A DNA stretch of 64,000 nt from Hemiscyllium ocellatum (lineage: Eukaryota), in assembly GCF_020745735.1 (NCBI RefSeq), contig NW_026867467.1:910200-974199 (forward strand), written 5' to 3'. Positions 26,297 to 36,700 of this stretch are shown piece after piece. Position 1 is the first letter of the stretch. Each line of letters begins with the position of its first letter. Under the pieces are notes generated by a model. The model did no database searches and had not been told where the DNA came from. It saw only the letters and a list, made by a program, of their open reading frames with translations. Made by a program: the position numbers and the translations under genes.

Positions 26297-26638
26297 TTCC
26301 TACAGTATGGAAACAGGCCATTTGGCCCAACAAATCCACACTGACCCTCTGAACAGTAAGTAGCCCACCCAGACCCATTCCCCCTAATTTATATTTGTCC
26401 TTGACTAATGCACCCTAACCTAGACATCCCTGAACACTAGGGCTGTGCTAAACTGCACAATCACCTGACCTGCACATCTTTTGGACTGTGGTAGGAAACC
26501 ACAGCGCCCGAAGGAAACCCACACAGACACAGGGAGAATGTGCAAACTCCACACAGGCAGTCACCCGAGGGTGGAATCAAATTTGGGACCCTGGCGCTGT
26601 GAGGCAGCAATGCCAATCACTGAGCCACCATGCTGCCC
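26297..26638 (-). mobile_element. V-SINE/HE1-type SINE
   Basis: Full head (GGGCAGCATGGTGGCTCAGTG...), V domain and tail on the minus strand. Confidence 0.87.
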
Positions 26639-28247
26639 TGGAGTTCATGAGTGGATTACTTTAATTAATTCGAAATTTGGTTGGTCACATAATTCACTAT
26701 AGCAGTTGTTTCCCGAAGAATGACTCTTCAGTTGATATTTTGTTGTAAAATGTAACTATTTATTTAAAATGCACAGATTGGGAACACCTAAAGCACTGTG
26801 CAGGTTAAATAATTCAGTTAATGTTTTATTTTTATCCTGCAAATCCAGTTTAATCAGGGACATAACAATTAATTAACTCAAGTTATATGTGAAACTGATC
26901 AAAGCAGTGAAACTGATCTGTTCTTCATAGAATTGAGCAGAATTTCCAAATGGTCTTTGCCAATGATCTTTTCCAGCCAGGAAAATATGTATGTAGTGTA
27001 CAGCGGAATTGAAAGGTGTTTCTTGATCAATTATAGCACAGTCATGGCAGTGCAAGAGCAAGAACAATTAGAACATTAGACTTTTGAAATTCTATTTATA
27101 TTTCTCTATGACTTGTAAACTGCTTAAAGACAGACCTTGTGATTGAACTAGATAGTTGAGTTTCGAATTTGGATTGTTAAGCATGGATTAGATTAATCCT
27201 TAATTACTTATTTTAAGTGAAAATAGCACCTGAAGGTATCTGTTTTCCCTTCATTTCTAAAACCTTTGCGATTTGCCTTTCACTTTATAGTAGACTTTAT
27301 GAAATTTTAACTCGCATGCTGATTGCATTGAATGAGGAAAGAGCAGTTCACTGTCACCAACCGTGTTAACATTGCAAAAACAATGTAGAAACCAGAAACG
27401 GTTTCCCAAATATAACACATTTAATGTTACCCAAGCACAGTCCCTCCTCAACAGATCAACGATCACCAGATCACAACACGGTGTGTTTGCAGCAGAACTA
27501 GCTCTGCAAACATTTTCAACAGAACCAAGAACATGATGTCACCTCACAAATAAAACCAAATTGAAGTCTAACAAAGCTGCTCAGAATCAAGCAAACTAAT
27601 GATTAAACTGAATAGAAATAACAGGTCATAATAGCAACCTTGTTTGTGAGGGGACTTAACACTTAAAGCTGTAACGTTTCTGGCAATAGTTCAATTTATT
27701 TCTAACCTGCACACCCTTCCTGATCATGACAATCTTGTGCAGCGCACAGTAGAGTGGGGTTGAAGGCATATATTGATTAATCACCTCATGGTCAAAACAA
27801 AATTACTGAATGGACAAATATTACCACATTATAATTTTAAGTTAGTTTCAATTACGTGATCTGATCAATTCTGCAGTTTCAGATTTAGGTCCCAAATTTT
27901 ATTTTGAATGAGGCTACTCAAAACAAAATTCAGTTCATTTACAATTAGAACGGAGTTTTTTTTAAAAAGTCAATCCATTAAAAACTCGTTTTTTTTTCAT
28001 TTCTCACACATCTGGGTTTCTGCCTTAAGTTGTTTTTCAGACCGTTACAAATGGATGTCCTGTTTTCAATCAAGCAGAGAAAAACGTGTCATATAAGTTT
28101 AACAAATGCAGAAATGATTCATGAAAAACAAAAGAACTTCACAAATATTGATAATGAAAAGTATTCCAGAGAGTCAATCTCCTCACCAGAAAGAAAACAT
28201 CGATTCAGAAAGCATGAAAACGCAGATCAATTTCACAAACTGAATAA

Positions 28248-28530
28248 GAATCCAATCAACTCAATTCAACAGAATCAAGGAAAATAAAATCAGAATCCAA
28301 TCAACTCAAAACAACAGATTTGAATGAAACATAATCAGAATCCAACCAATTCAATTCAACAGAATCAAATAAAACCATTTCAAAAGTCAATCAACACAAT
28401 TCAACAAAACCAAGTAAAAACAAAGTCAGAATCCAATCAACACAGTTCAACCCGAATCAACTAAAACAAAGCCAAAATCCAATCAACTCAATTCAACAGT
28501 AAAACAAACTCCGAATCTAATCAACAGAAT
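28248..28530. repeat. About 45-bp A/C-rich minisatellite (core AATCCAATCAACTCAATTCAACAG), about 7 units, in the J-CH1 intron
   Basis: Recurring AATCCAATCAAC at roughly 40-46 nt period. Confidence 0.85.
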
Positions 28531-29043
28531 GCAATATAGCACCGCAAGAAACTTTGATGACAGTTTCTAACCTGCTTGTCATCAACAAAATTAACAAAAT
28601 AAATGAGAAAATATAATCATGGTAAGAACATATATTCAAGAAATGAATAATGATATTTTAGCATATTTTAGTCATGTTTGGTAATATCTTGAACATCTTT
28701 GAATTCGTAGCATTTGTTGTTGATAATAAAACTCACAGTCAGGGTGTCACTGACATTAAACATTATTTATAGCTGACTGATTAAGAGACATTAGGTGTTT
28801 CAAGTAACCCAGCCACATAGAATGTCCATCTGATCAAAAAAAAGAGATACACTGAGCAAATGACTCCATCATCACCATTTTAACTATTTGCTGAGCCTTA
28901 ACTGAAGTCTATAATCAGTCTGAACAAAAATCAATCCGAACCAAACCAAACTCAGCACAGAATCTGAGTTTCATTTAATTCAGAAATTAGTCACATGAAT
29001 AGAAAGTTTTTAAAAAGTCACTAAGAATGTTCAAAGTTCTTAC

Positions 29044-29082
29044 CTGAAGTCACTGTCACCATGGTCCCTTGGCCCCAAATAT
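29044..29082 (-). CDS. IGHJ: Fused D2-JH segment (ATATT-TGG GGC CAA GGG ACC ATG GTG ACA GTG ACT TCA G; WGQGTMVTVTS)
   Basis: WGxG motif; donor G|GTAAG at 29043; only 5 nt precede the Trp codon; preceded by a 12-RSS instead of the 22/23-RSS expected for a shark JH. Confidence 0.9.
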
Positions 29083-29110
29083 CACTGTGAGACACGTTGT
29101 GTCAAATACT
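29083..29110 (+). other. Recombination signal sequence, 12-bp spacer (5' of D2-J)
   Basis: Read on + strand: heptamer CACTGTG (29083-29089), 12-nt spacer AGACACGTTGTG, nonamer TCAAATACT (6/9 match to ACAAAAACC). Confidence 0.8.
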
Positions 29111-29413
29111 ATGACAGACTGTAAACTGTAAAATGCAAATAATTTCTTCACTTCCTAGAAAGCAGTGATTCAGACTCCTCGAAAAATGATTTGGTGCATT
29201 ATTTCAGCGTTTACTATTCATTGTATTTTGAAAGCTTGGAATACTTTTCCAGGTTTGGTCTGCATTTAACTTGACAATCAACACGAAGAAGGTAGAAAAC
29301 AATTCTACATTTGTACAAACTAGCACGACTGGATTGTGTTTAAATTGCATCTCACATTATTTCTCGCTCCTGCCACGGTAGAAATCACCAATTTGAGATA
29401 AATCCTTGTCAGT

Positions 29414-29451
29414 GGTTATTGTATGAGGATGTCGCTGTGCACAGCACTGTG
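29414..29451 (-). other. Recombination signal sequence, 22-bp spacer (3' of D1)
   Basis: Heptamer CACAGTG (29451-29445), 22-nt spacer, nonamer ACAATAACC (29422-29414). Confidence 0.93.
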
Positions 29452-29464
29452 ACCCACTGTAGTA
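29452..29464 (-). CDS. IGHD: D1 segment (TACTACAGTGGGT) already fused in frame to the 3' end of VH
   Basis: 13 nt between CAR and the heptamer; resembles shark D1 (GGTACTACAG(C/T)GGGT, recalled from memory); no V-RSS, V-D interval or 5' D-RSS present. Confidence 0.8.
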
Positions 29465-29766
29465 TCTTGCACAGTAATAGATGGCGGTGTCTTCGATCTT
29501 CAGGTTAGTCATCTCCAACGCGAAAATGATGTTTGAAGTGTCTTTGGACGCACTAAATCGACCCTTAATCGCTGGTGCATAGTTATTGTCGGATGAACTA
29601 TAGTAGCTAACCAGCCACTCCAGACCCTGGCCGGGAACCTGGCGGACCCAGTGCATGTAGTAGCTGCTGAGATCGAACCCGCTGGTTTTACAGGTCAGTG
29701 TCAGGCTGCCTGAGGGACGGCCAGTCTCTGCCTCTGGCTGGGTCAAAACAACCTCCGACTGGACAC
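29465..29766 (-). CDS. IGHV: IgH variable (VH) exon, open frame, (C)[13 protein letters not shown]...TC...WVRQ...DTAIYYCAR
   Basis: Acceptor TTTTAAAG|GT at 29767; canonical Ig V residues (first Cys, WVRQ, YYC); shark-type FR1. Confidence 0.97.
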
Positions 29767-29895
29767 CTTTAAAAAAAGACAAGAAATAAACCATGAGCGT
29801 TAATGCTGATGAAAGGATGGCTGTGCCTTTTACATTCCTGAGGTAGACTAACATTGAGACAGCAACAAAGACAGACTTAAACAAAAAACACTCAC

Positions 29896-29944
29896 ATGAT
29901 AAGAAAGTCAGTAATAAACTGAGAAAAATTGTCGACACAATCAT
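29896..29944 (-). CDS. IGHV: IgH leader exon ([16 protein letters not shown], phase-1 end)
   Basis: ATG at 29944-29942; hydrophobic signal peptide; donor T|GTGAGT at 29895; 129-nt intron to the V exon. Confidence 0.95.
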
Positions 29945-30031
29945 TCTGATAACTTCTGGGAAGCGGTTCTGTCAAGATCTTTCTAAACAAAGCCGACCCA
30001 GGCGTGTTGAATTACGGTCCAGTGCCTAGGA

Positions 30032-30085
30032 TTTATATGGCTATCGGAAAGGGCAGGCTCACAGCTTCCGCCTGTTGGTTTCCTG
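30032..30085 (-). promoter_or_regulatory. VH promoter core: TATA box plus two Ets-like GGAA motifs
   Basis: TATAAA at 30037-30032, about 90 nt upstream of the ATG; CGGAAG at 30070-30065 and CAGGAA at 30085-30080; no ATGCAAAT octamer seen. Confidence 0.6.
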
Positions 30086-30294
30086 CTGGAGACTGAGACT
30101 GGATCCTGGTCTCAGCTTGCACAGCCCCAACACATGGGCTCATGTCTTTACGAGGTTATGCTTAAACATGGATATATACACATCTTGGGATATTTATTTT
30201 GCTGAATAGCTTCTTTGGGAGTTTTTTTTTAATGGTGGAAGTAAAATTGAGTACCTTCAGGTCTATTTCACATGATAGTTGCAAGTATTTTGTT

Positions 30295-30752
30295 TTAAAA
30301 TAAATTCATTCGGAAGTTAGCTCCCTTTATTTCTACATTCACAAACAGATAAAACTAAAATCGAAGTTCAAACGTATTACTAGCTAGTAAAACAATTGAG
30401 TTTTTTCCCAGGACACTGCCAGTCTCTGTCCCACTACAAAATAACATGTAATTCATACTAAACATTTCAAAATTCAATTTAGGCAACTGAATACAGAGCG
30501 TGTCCAAAGTGATTATATTCAGAATATTCAATTAGAAGTTAACTCCCTTTAATTCTACATTCCACCACAAGCAGATAAAGCTAAAAAGAACTTCAATCAT
30601 ATTATTAACCAACAAAATGAGTGACTTTATTTTTGCTGTCACTCAACGTCTCTCTCACTTTACAAAATAACATCCCATTTCTAATCTGCGTTTCTAAATT
30701 CCATTTAGGCAACCTAATATGGAGCAGGACTAAAGTGATTATGTTCAGAATG
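30295..30752. repeat. Diverged tandem duplication (about 230-bp unit x2) upstream of the VH promoter
   Basis: Blocks GAAGTT(A)..CTCCCTTT..TTCTACATT, TACAAAATAACAT, ATTTAGGCAAC and AAAGTGATTAT.TTCAGAAT each occur twice about 230 nt apart. Confidence 0.7.
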
Positions 30753-31904
30753 TGAGTGGATATCACGAACCAGTTTGGACCCGGAGATTAGAAGCACCTC
30801 CTTACATTGCAGAATGTCTCTCCTTGCATCTTTTTTTTCAAATTTTTTAAAATGCATAGTAAAGGAAAGCTGTGTGCCTGAGAAACAAAAAGTGAGTTGG
30901 CAGTGATACATAACACCTAGGTAAACTTTTGAAAGAGCATCTAATGAACTAAAACAGGACAGTCCATACTTTTTTTTAAAAATCCTCAACATCTAAACCA
31001 TTGCAGGTAACTGTCTGGGTACATCAGGAGTGTTTGGTTAAATTAGAGAGTATTACAATAATCATTACCACGAATGTAGGTTATAAACAGTACATTTCTC
31101 TGCTCACTGATAGCTCTGACAGGGGCAGTTAACTCGTAAAAATAAGCAGAAATTCGCTGTTACACGACACCAGTGTTAACCATGTATAAAGGGCCCACTC
31201 AGTTTTAATGAGATAAATGAATCAGAGAATGGTGTACCAAGTGATGTGAGTTTGAACCAATTCAAGTTTGTTAATTTACTTTGAGATGATAACAAATGTT
31301 ACTGCAATGTGGGATTTTGGATCCATTAACTTCATATTCAGGAGCTTTAAAGATACTCAATAAACAGGCTGAACTAACCAGAATGTCACTGCATTCAATG
31401 TCCTGTTTCTGATAGTCATACAGTGAATGCTGTATCCAGTGACTCCTTTTTAAAGAAGAAATGCCAAGTGAAATGTATCCATTGTGAGTAAATGGGAAAA
31501 TATAGTTTGTTTGGCATGATTTTACTTTAGTTGATTCATTTTCCCTTTAATCGGCCAGATACAATAGTTGGCAGCAATTAAGCTGACAGCAGAAAAGGTC
31601 CTTGAGTTTCCAGGTTCATTGACTGGAAGCAGGTGGAGTTTCTGCAGGGGATCAAAGATATTTTGTCTCACTGTTGACCAGTTGGTGGAAAACAAACTGC
31701 AGACCATAACCACTGCCTCTGCAGAAACAAATCTACTCAGCAACAATACTGGAGAAAAGTTTATTTTTCAGTTGTGAAACTTGGAGAACTAGTCACTCCT
31801 CTCATTGAAGGAAATATTCGCAGAGTCTCAGACACAACCTAAACATCAACAGTTCATTCGAGGATCACTACAGCACTGTTTAATGTTGAGAAAAATTGAT
31901 AAAT

Positions 31905-32295
31905 AGTCATAGAGTCATGGAGTGATACAGCATGGAAACAGACACTTCAGTCCAACCAGTCCATGCCAGTCATAATTGTTTTTGTATTCACTAAAATTGT
32001 ATGCAAGAATGAAACGTGACTGCAAAACAATGGTAGATATTACAGACGAATAGATAAGATGCTGTGAGGGGAGGGAGTTAAGCTAGATACGCCTGTACAA
32101 ACAATAGGTATAAACATTAGATATTCATTTACTTATCCAAATGTCTTCTATAGGTTGTAAGTATCCACCACCAGATCATCCCAGACACAAACCATTCTCT
32201 GTGTAAAAAGTTGTCTCTGATATCATTTTAAAAATTTTTCTCCTCTCATTGTAAAACATGTTCCCTATTGTTGAAATCCCCCACCATAGGGAAAA
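31905..32295 (-). mobile_element. CR1 3' end interrupted by a 147-bp locally templated insert
   Basis: ATAGAGTCATAGAGTC tail; CR1 UTR resumes after 32117. Confidence 0.65.
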
Positions 32296-33562
32296 TACAA
32301 CAATGTCTGGGTCAAAAATTGAAAACAATCCCAGCTCCAAACATTTACAAAATATTACTATGGATCTTCCTTGAGTCCAAAAAAGATTGTCCCCTTTGAT
32401 CAATGATTTGTAAAATTTATTCGCGTATCTAATGTGATGGACGTTTTCAATTAACTTCTGAAATGCAAGTGGTTCACATCAATCGTATTAAAGTGACATT
32501 TCGTGTGTGACCCCACACACAAAAAAAACAAGTTTGTTGACATGAGTTGCTCTGAGGAAGTCTACGATGAATTCTTTTATCAAACAAAATCATTTCCAGT
32601 GTTGTGAGGGCTTGTCTATCTTCTGTGCAATGGTCTGAATTTTGAAGTTGTGTCTGACTGCAGATGAAACTGGCTGCTCTGGGTAAAAGTACAGTTTGCG
32701 CCTTTCACATTGTTAATGTATATTGCTGACTTTAGTTGAATAAAGGGATGTTGCCCCAGGCATCGTCTGGCACCATTAATTAGACCATTAATTTCCACAT
32801 CACTCGCCAGAGGATCAGGTGGAGTTTATTGATATGTGATATTTTTGAAACGAAAGTTTCGCACATTTCCAGGATGAATCATGTAAATTAGAGCCATTCA
32901 CCTTTCCGCTCATGGCTTTATAAACTTATATGAGGTCACCCCCCGAACTCTCACCCTCCAGTGAAACAAGTTCCAGTCTATCTGGATTTCCAACGGTAAC
33001 TTTGTTCCCTCACATTCTGCTGTTAAAGATCCTCCTGCCACCCCAGGTCCACAGAGAGTGTCCCTTGATACTAGTTCAAAGAAATGAAAGGAACTTGTCC
33101 CAGCATATTGTTCAATTTTATTTGGCTTCAAACACCATAAAAAATAAATGTTCATGTCATTGCTGATTTATGGGAGAATTCCGTTTACACAGTATCTGCT
33201 GAAATACCTGCGGTACCATCCTGAATCTGGTTCGCAGGTTCACCTGTTGCTCACAAATGCAACCAGACATCAGGGAACAGTGTGTGGGATATAGGTAAAG
33301 TAGTGTTACTTCTGCATTTTTAATTACTTATACAAAGTAAATGAACTCACACCAGTGTGTAATTGTTTCAGCCAAGAGCTGAGTCAACAAGAATGGAAAT
33401 GATGTGGAGGAAATACATAATTGTTTTTGTATTCACTAAAATTGTATGCAAGAATGAAACGTGACTGCAAAACAATGGTAGATATTACAGACGAATAGAT
33501 AAGATGCTGTGAGGGGAGGGAGTTAAGCTAGATACGCCTGTACAAACAATAGGTATAAACAT
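31971..33562. repeat. Perfect 147-bp direct repeat (31971-32117 and 33416-33562)
   Basis: Base-by-base identical by eye. Confidence 0.9.
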
Positions 33563-35125
33563 CTGTTTCCCACTTTTACTGAAACACAGGAACAAACCCC
33601 AATTAAAAGGGTCATAAGGGTCAGTATGGTAGGGGAAGGCACAGATGGAGGGAATAGATAATAGTGAAGAAAGGATATGCCTAACAATGACCCACAGCGG
33701 GATGAGGTCAAACAGCCTTGTGAGGCCAGAAATAAGCATTTTGTCACAGACAAGGCTGGATAAGGCAAGAGATAAACAGGAGTAATGGGTACCGGTCTTA
33801 GGGAAGTGGAAGATGTAAACAGGGGAGGAGCAATGAAATAAAAAAATAGAAACCAAATTACATAAATATTGTGTATTAGTTGAATTCAGTGTGTGTGTCC
33901 CTGCCTTGTGGACATGGACATCACACCATCTTGCAAGAGTAAAGTAAAGGGCACCACTGATTCAGATTTTGTCTCGGACTGAAATTATTGAAGTGTGTGA
34001 GCTTTGTTTCTCACAAGTGAACATCGTCCACATCCACCCCTCCACCCTTCCCTTCTGTACTTTTCACTTTGTGAAATCCGTGTTGCCAATAATCAGTTAA
34101 AAGAAAGATTTTTAAAAACTTTCTTAATTCATCTTGCTGATCTTGACTCAGTAAAGGTATGTTGCTGTCAGCATTTCTGGGGAACACGTCTGCATTTTTT
34201 TCATGTCAGTTAACAATGATATTAAGTCAAGAATTGTCAAAACGTCCTGAGAAACAACGTTTAGAAATGGGCGTTCTGCCCCTACTTTTTTCCCCATAAG
34301 CCAGGATTTACAGCATTGGAGATCATATCTATGTTGATAATGGATTAGACCCTACACAATGTTCCTGAATGTTTACTTCAAGTGCTATCACCTGCAGGGT
34401 TATGGACAACATGCTATAAAGTGGGTGTTGGCTGGAAGGTTCTGTTTTCACATGATACAGGTGTGATGGGCGAAGTGATCTCTCTCTGTCGTGAAAACTT
34501 CATCTTTCCTCAATTCATCTTTCCTACTTTGTCTCATTCAGAGGCTCTAATTCACATGATTCATACCGGAAATATTCCAAGCCTTCGGTTCAATGATATT
34601 AATAAACTCCACCTGACTCTCCAGCTAGCAATGTGGAAATTAATGGTCTAATTAATGGTGCCAGGCGATGCCTGGGACAACATCACTTTATTCAACTAAA
34701 GTCAGCAATATACATTAACAATGTGAAAGGCACAAACTGTACTTTTACCCAGAGCAGCCAGTTACATCTGCATTCAGATACAAAATTCAGACCATTGCAC
34801 AGAAGATAGACGAGCCCCCACAACGTTGAAAATGATTTTGTTTGATAAAACAGTCCATCCTAGACTTGCTTAGAACAACTCGTGATAACAAAATTGCTTG
34901 ATTTTTTTTTGTGTGGGGTAACACATGAAATGTTACTGTATTCCGACTGATGTGAACCATTTGCACTTCAAGTTATTTGAAAACGTCCTTCAAAAAAAGA
35001 TATGGGAACAAATTTTAGAAATCATTGATCAAAGGGATTTTTTTTGGACTCAAGGAAGATCCATAGTGATATTTTGTAAATGTTTGGAGCTGTGATTGCT
35101 TCAAATTTTTAACTAAGACATTGGC
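32298..35125. repeat. About 590-bp inverted repeat (arms about 32298-32895 and 34540-35125)
   Basis: Reverse-complement alignment by eye, roughly 80% identity, about 1.65-kb spacer. Confidence 0.85.
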
Positions 35126-35654
35126 ATACAGTGGACGACATCACAATTTGCTGTAACATGAAACTCGCAACCACTGTGAACCATCGCCTGATGGTTCAGA
35201 ATTTAACAAGGACCTAGCAAGGTTCGTGGAATGGACCGACGAGTGATACATGAAAATTAACAAAGGCATTTCTGAAATGATTAATTTAGCTAGGAAGAAT
35301 GTAGAGACTTCACATCTCTGTTTGCATTTCAATATACTATAAATTACTTTTCTATTATATCCTAAAATACTCGAGTCTTTGTTCATATTTAATACACTCT
35401 ATCTTGTTCCGGGGTTAAGATAGTTTCTTTATTTATTTCACTCAAGACTGGATGCTGTACTTTTGCCTCAGTATTGACCAAACTCGGTTTGGTGCCAGCT
35501 TATATCACTTGAGCTGCTTTTTCAGGAAGTGAATCTCTCCACCTGTTAAGTCAAAATAATCTGTTCATGCTTAGATTGAAATAAATCCTATTAATATCAT
35601 CCCAAATTCAGACTCGGTTATTTTGTATTTATTCATTGGAATTGAACAGGAATA

Positions 35655-36700
35655 TGACCGGCTGTTCTTGGTGGAGTGGGAGGGGGAGTTAAAGTGTTCA
35701 GCCACGGGGCCGTGAGGTTGGTTGGCACGGGTGTCCCAGAGATTTTCTCTGAAATGATCCGCATGAGTGTCCTGTCTCCCTGATGCAGAGGAGACCACAT
35801 CAGGTGGAACAGACACAGTGGATGACATTTGTGGAAGTATAGATAAGTTTCTGTGGGATGTGGAAGGATCATTTGGGGCCTTGTCGGAGGTGAGGGGGAG
35901 GTGTGGGCACAGGTTTTGCACTTCCTGTGGTGACAGGGGAAGGTGACAGGGGTGGGGAGTGGGCTGGTGGGGGCATGGACCTGACGAGGGAGTCGTGGAG
36001 GGAATGGTGTCTCCGGAATGCAGATAGGTGTAGGGAGGGAAATATACCCTGAGTGATGGGGTCTGTTTACAGTGGTGGAAGCAGCAGAGGATGATATGAT
36101 GTATGCAAGGTTGGTGCGGTGGAAGATGAGGACCAGGAGGGGTCCCTGTTGCGATTGGAGGGATGGGGTTCAAGGGCATCATCGACCACGTGGGAGGGGA
36201 AATTGCATTCTTTGATAAAGGATCTGGGATGTTTTATGGTGGAACTGGACCTCCTGGGAGCAGATGCGGTGGAGGCAGAGGAATTGAGAATAAAGGATGG
36301 CATTTTTACCTGAGGTCGGGTGGGAGGAGGTGTAGTCCAGGTAGCTGTGGGAGTCAGTGGGCTTGTAGTAAATGTTTAGTTGGTCACTGGAGATAGAGAT
36401 GGAGAGGTCTAGGAAAGGGAGGGAGGTGTCCGAGATGGTCCCTGTAAGGTTTAGGTCAGGGTGGAAGGTTTTCATAAAGTTGATGAACTGTTCAACCTCC
36501 TAGTGGTTGCATGAGGTGGCATTGATACAGTCATCAATGTAGCGGTGGTAAAGGTGGGCAATGATACCGGTGTAGCTGTGGAAGATTGACTGTTCCACAT
36601 ATCTGACAAAGAGGCAGGCATAGCTGGGGTCCATGGCTACCCCTTTGGTTTGGAGGAAGTGGGAGGACTGAAAGGAAATGTAGTTGAGGTTGAGCATGTA
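35655..36700 (-). mobile_element. Degraded Penelope-like element, internal RT/GIY-YIG fragment
   Basis: FLQTKGVAM..SYACLF...RYIDDCI; LPFLDLSIS; YYKPTDSHSYLDYTSSHP; frameshifted, truncated at both ends. Confidence 0.85.

Noticed and set aside
18874-29043. Classical tetrapod switch (S) region
   Set aside because: No long AGCT/GGGCT tandem array seen in the J-CH1 intron
29357-29944. 195-aa single ORF spanning leader, intron, V and RSS
   Set aside because: The 129-nt leader intron is a multiple of 3 without stops and has good GT/AG sites; the C-terminus is RSS read-through, so this is not a real single-exon protein
8998-29944. Alternative isotype call (IgW, IgNAR, IgM1gj lacking CH2)
   Set aside because: Four C1-set domains, a mu-type tailpiece and a two-exon TM with KVK tail fit conventional IgM; no extra C exons seen in the introns
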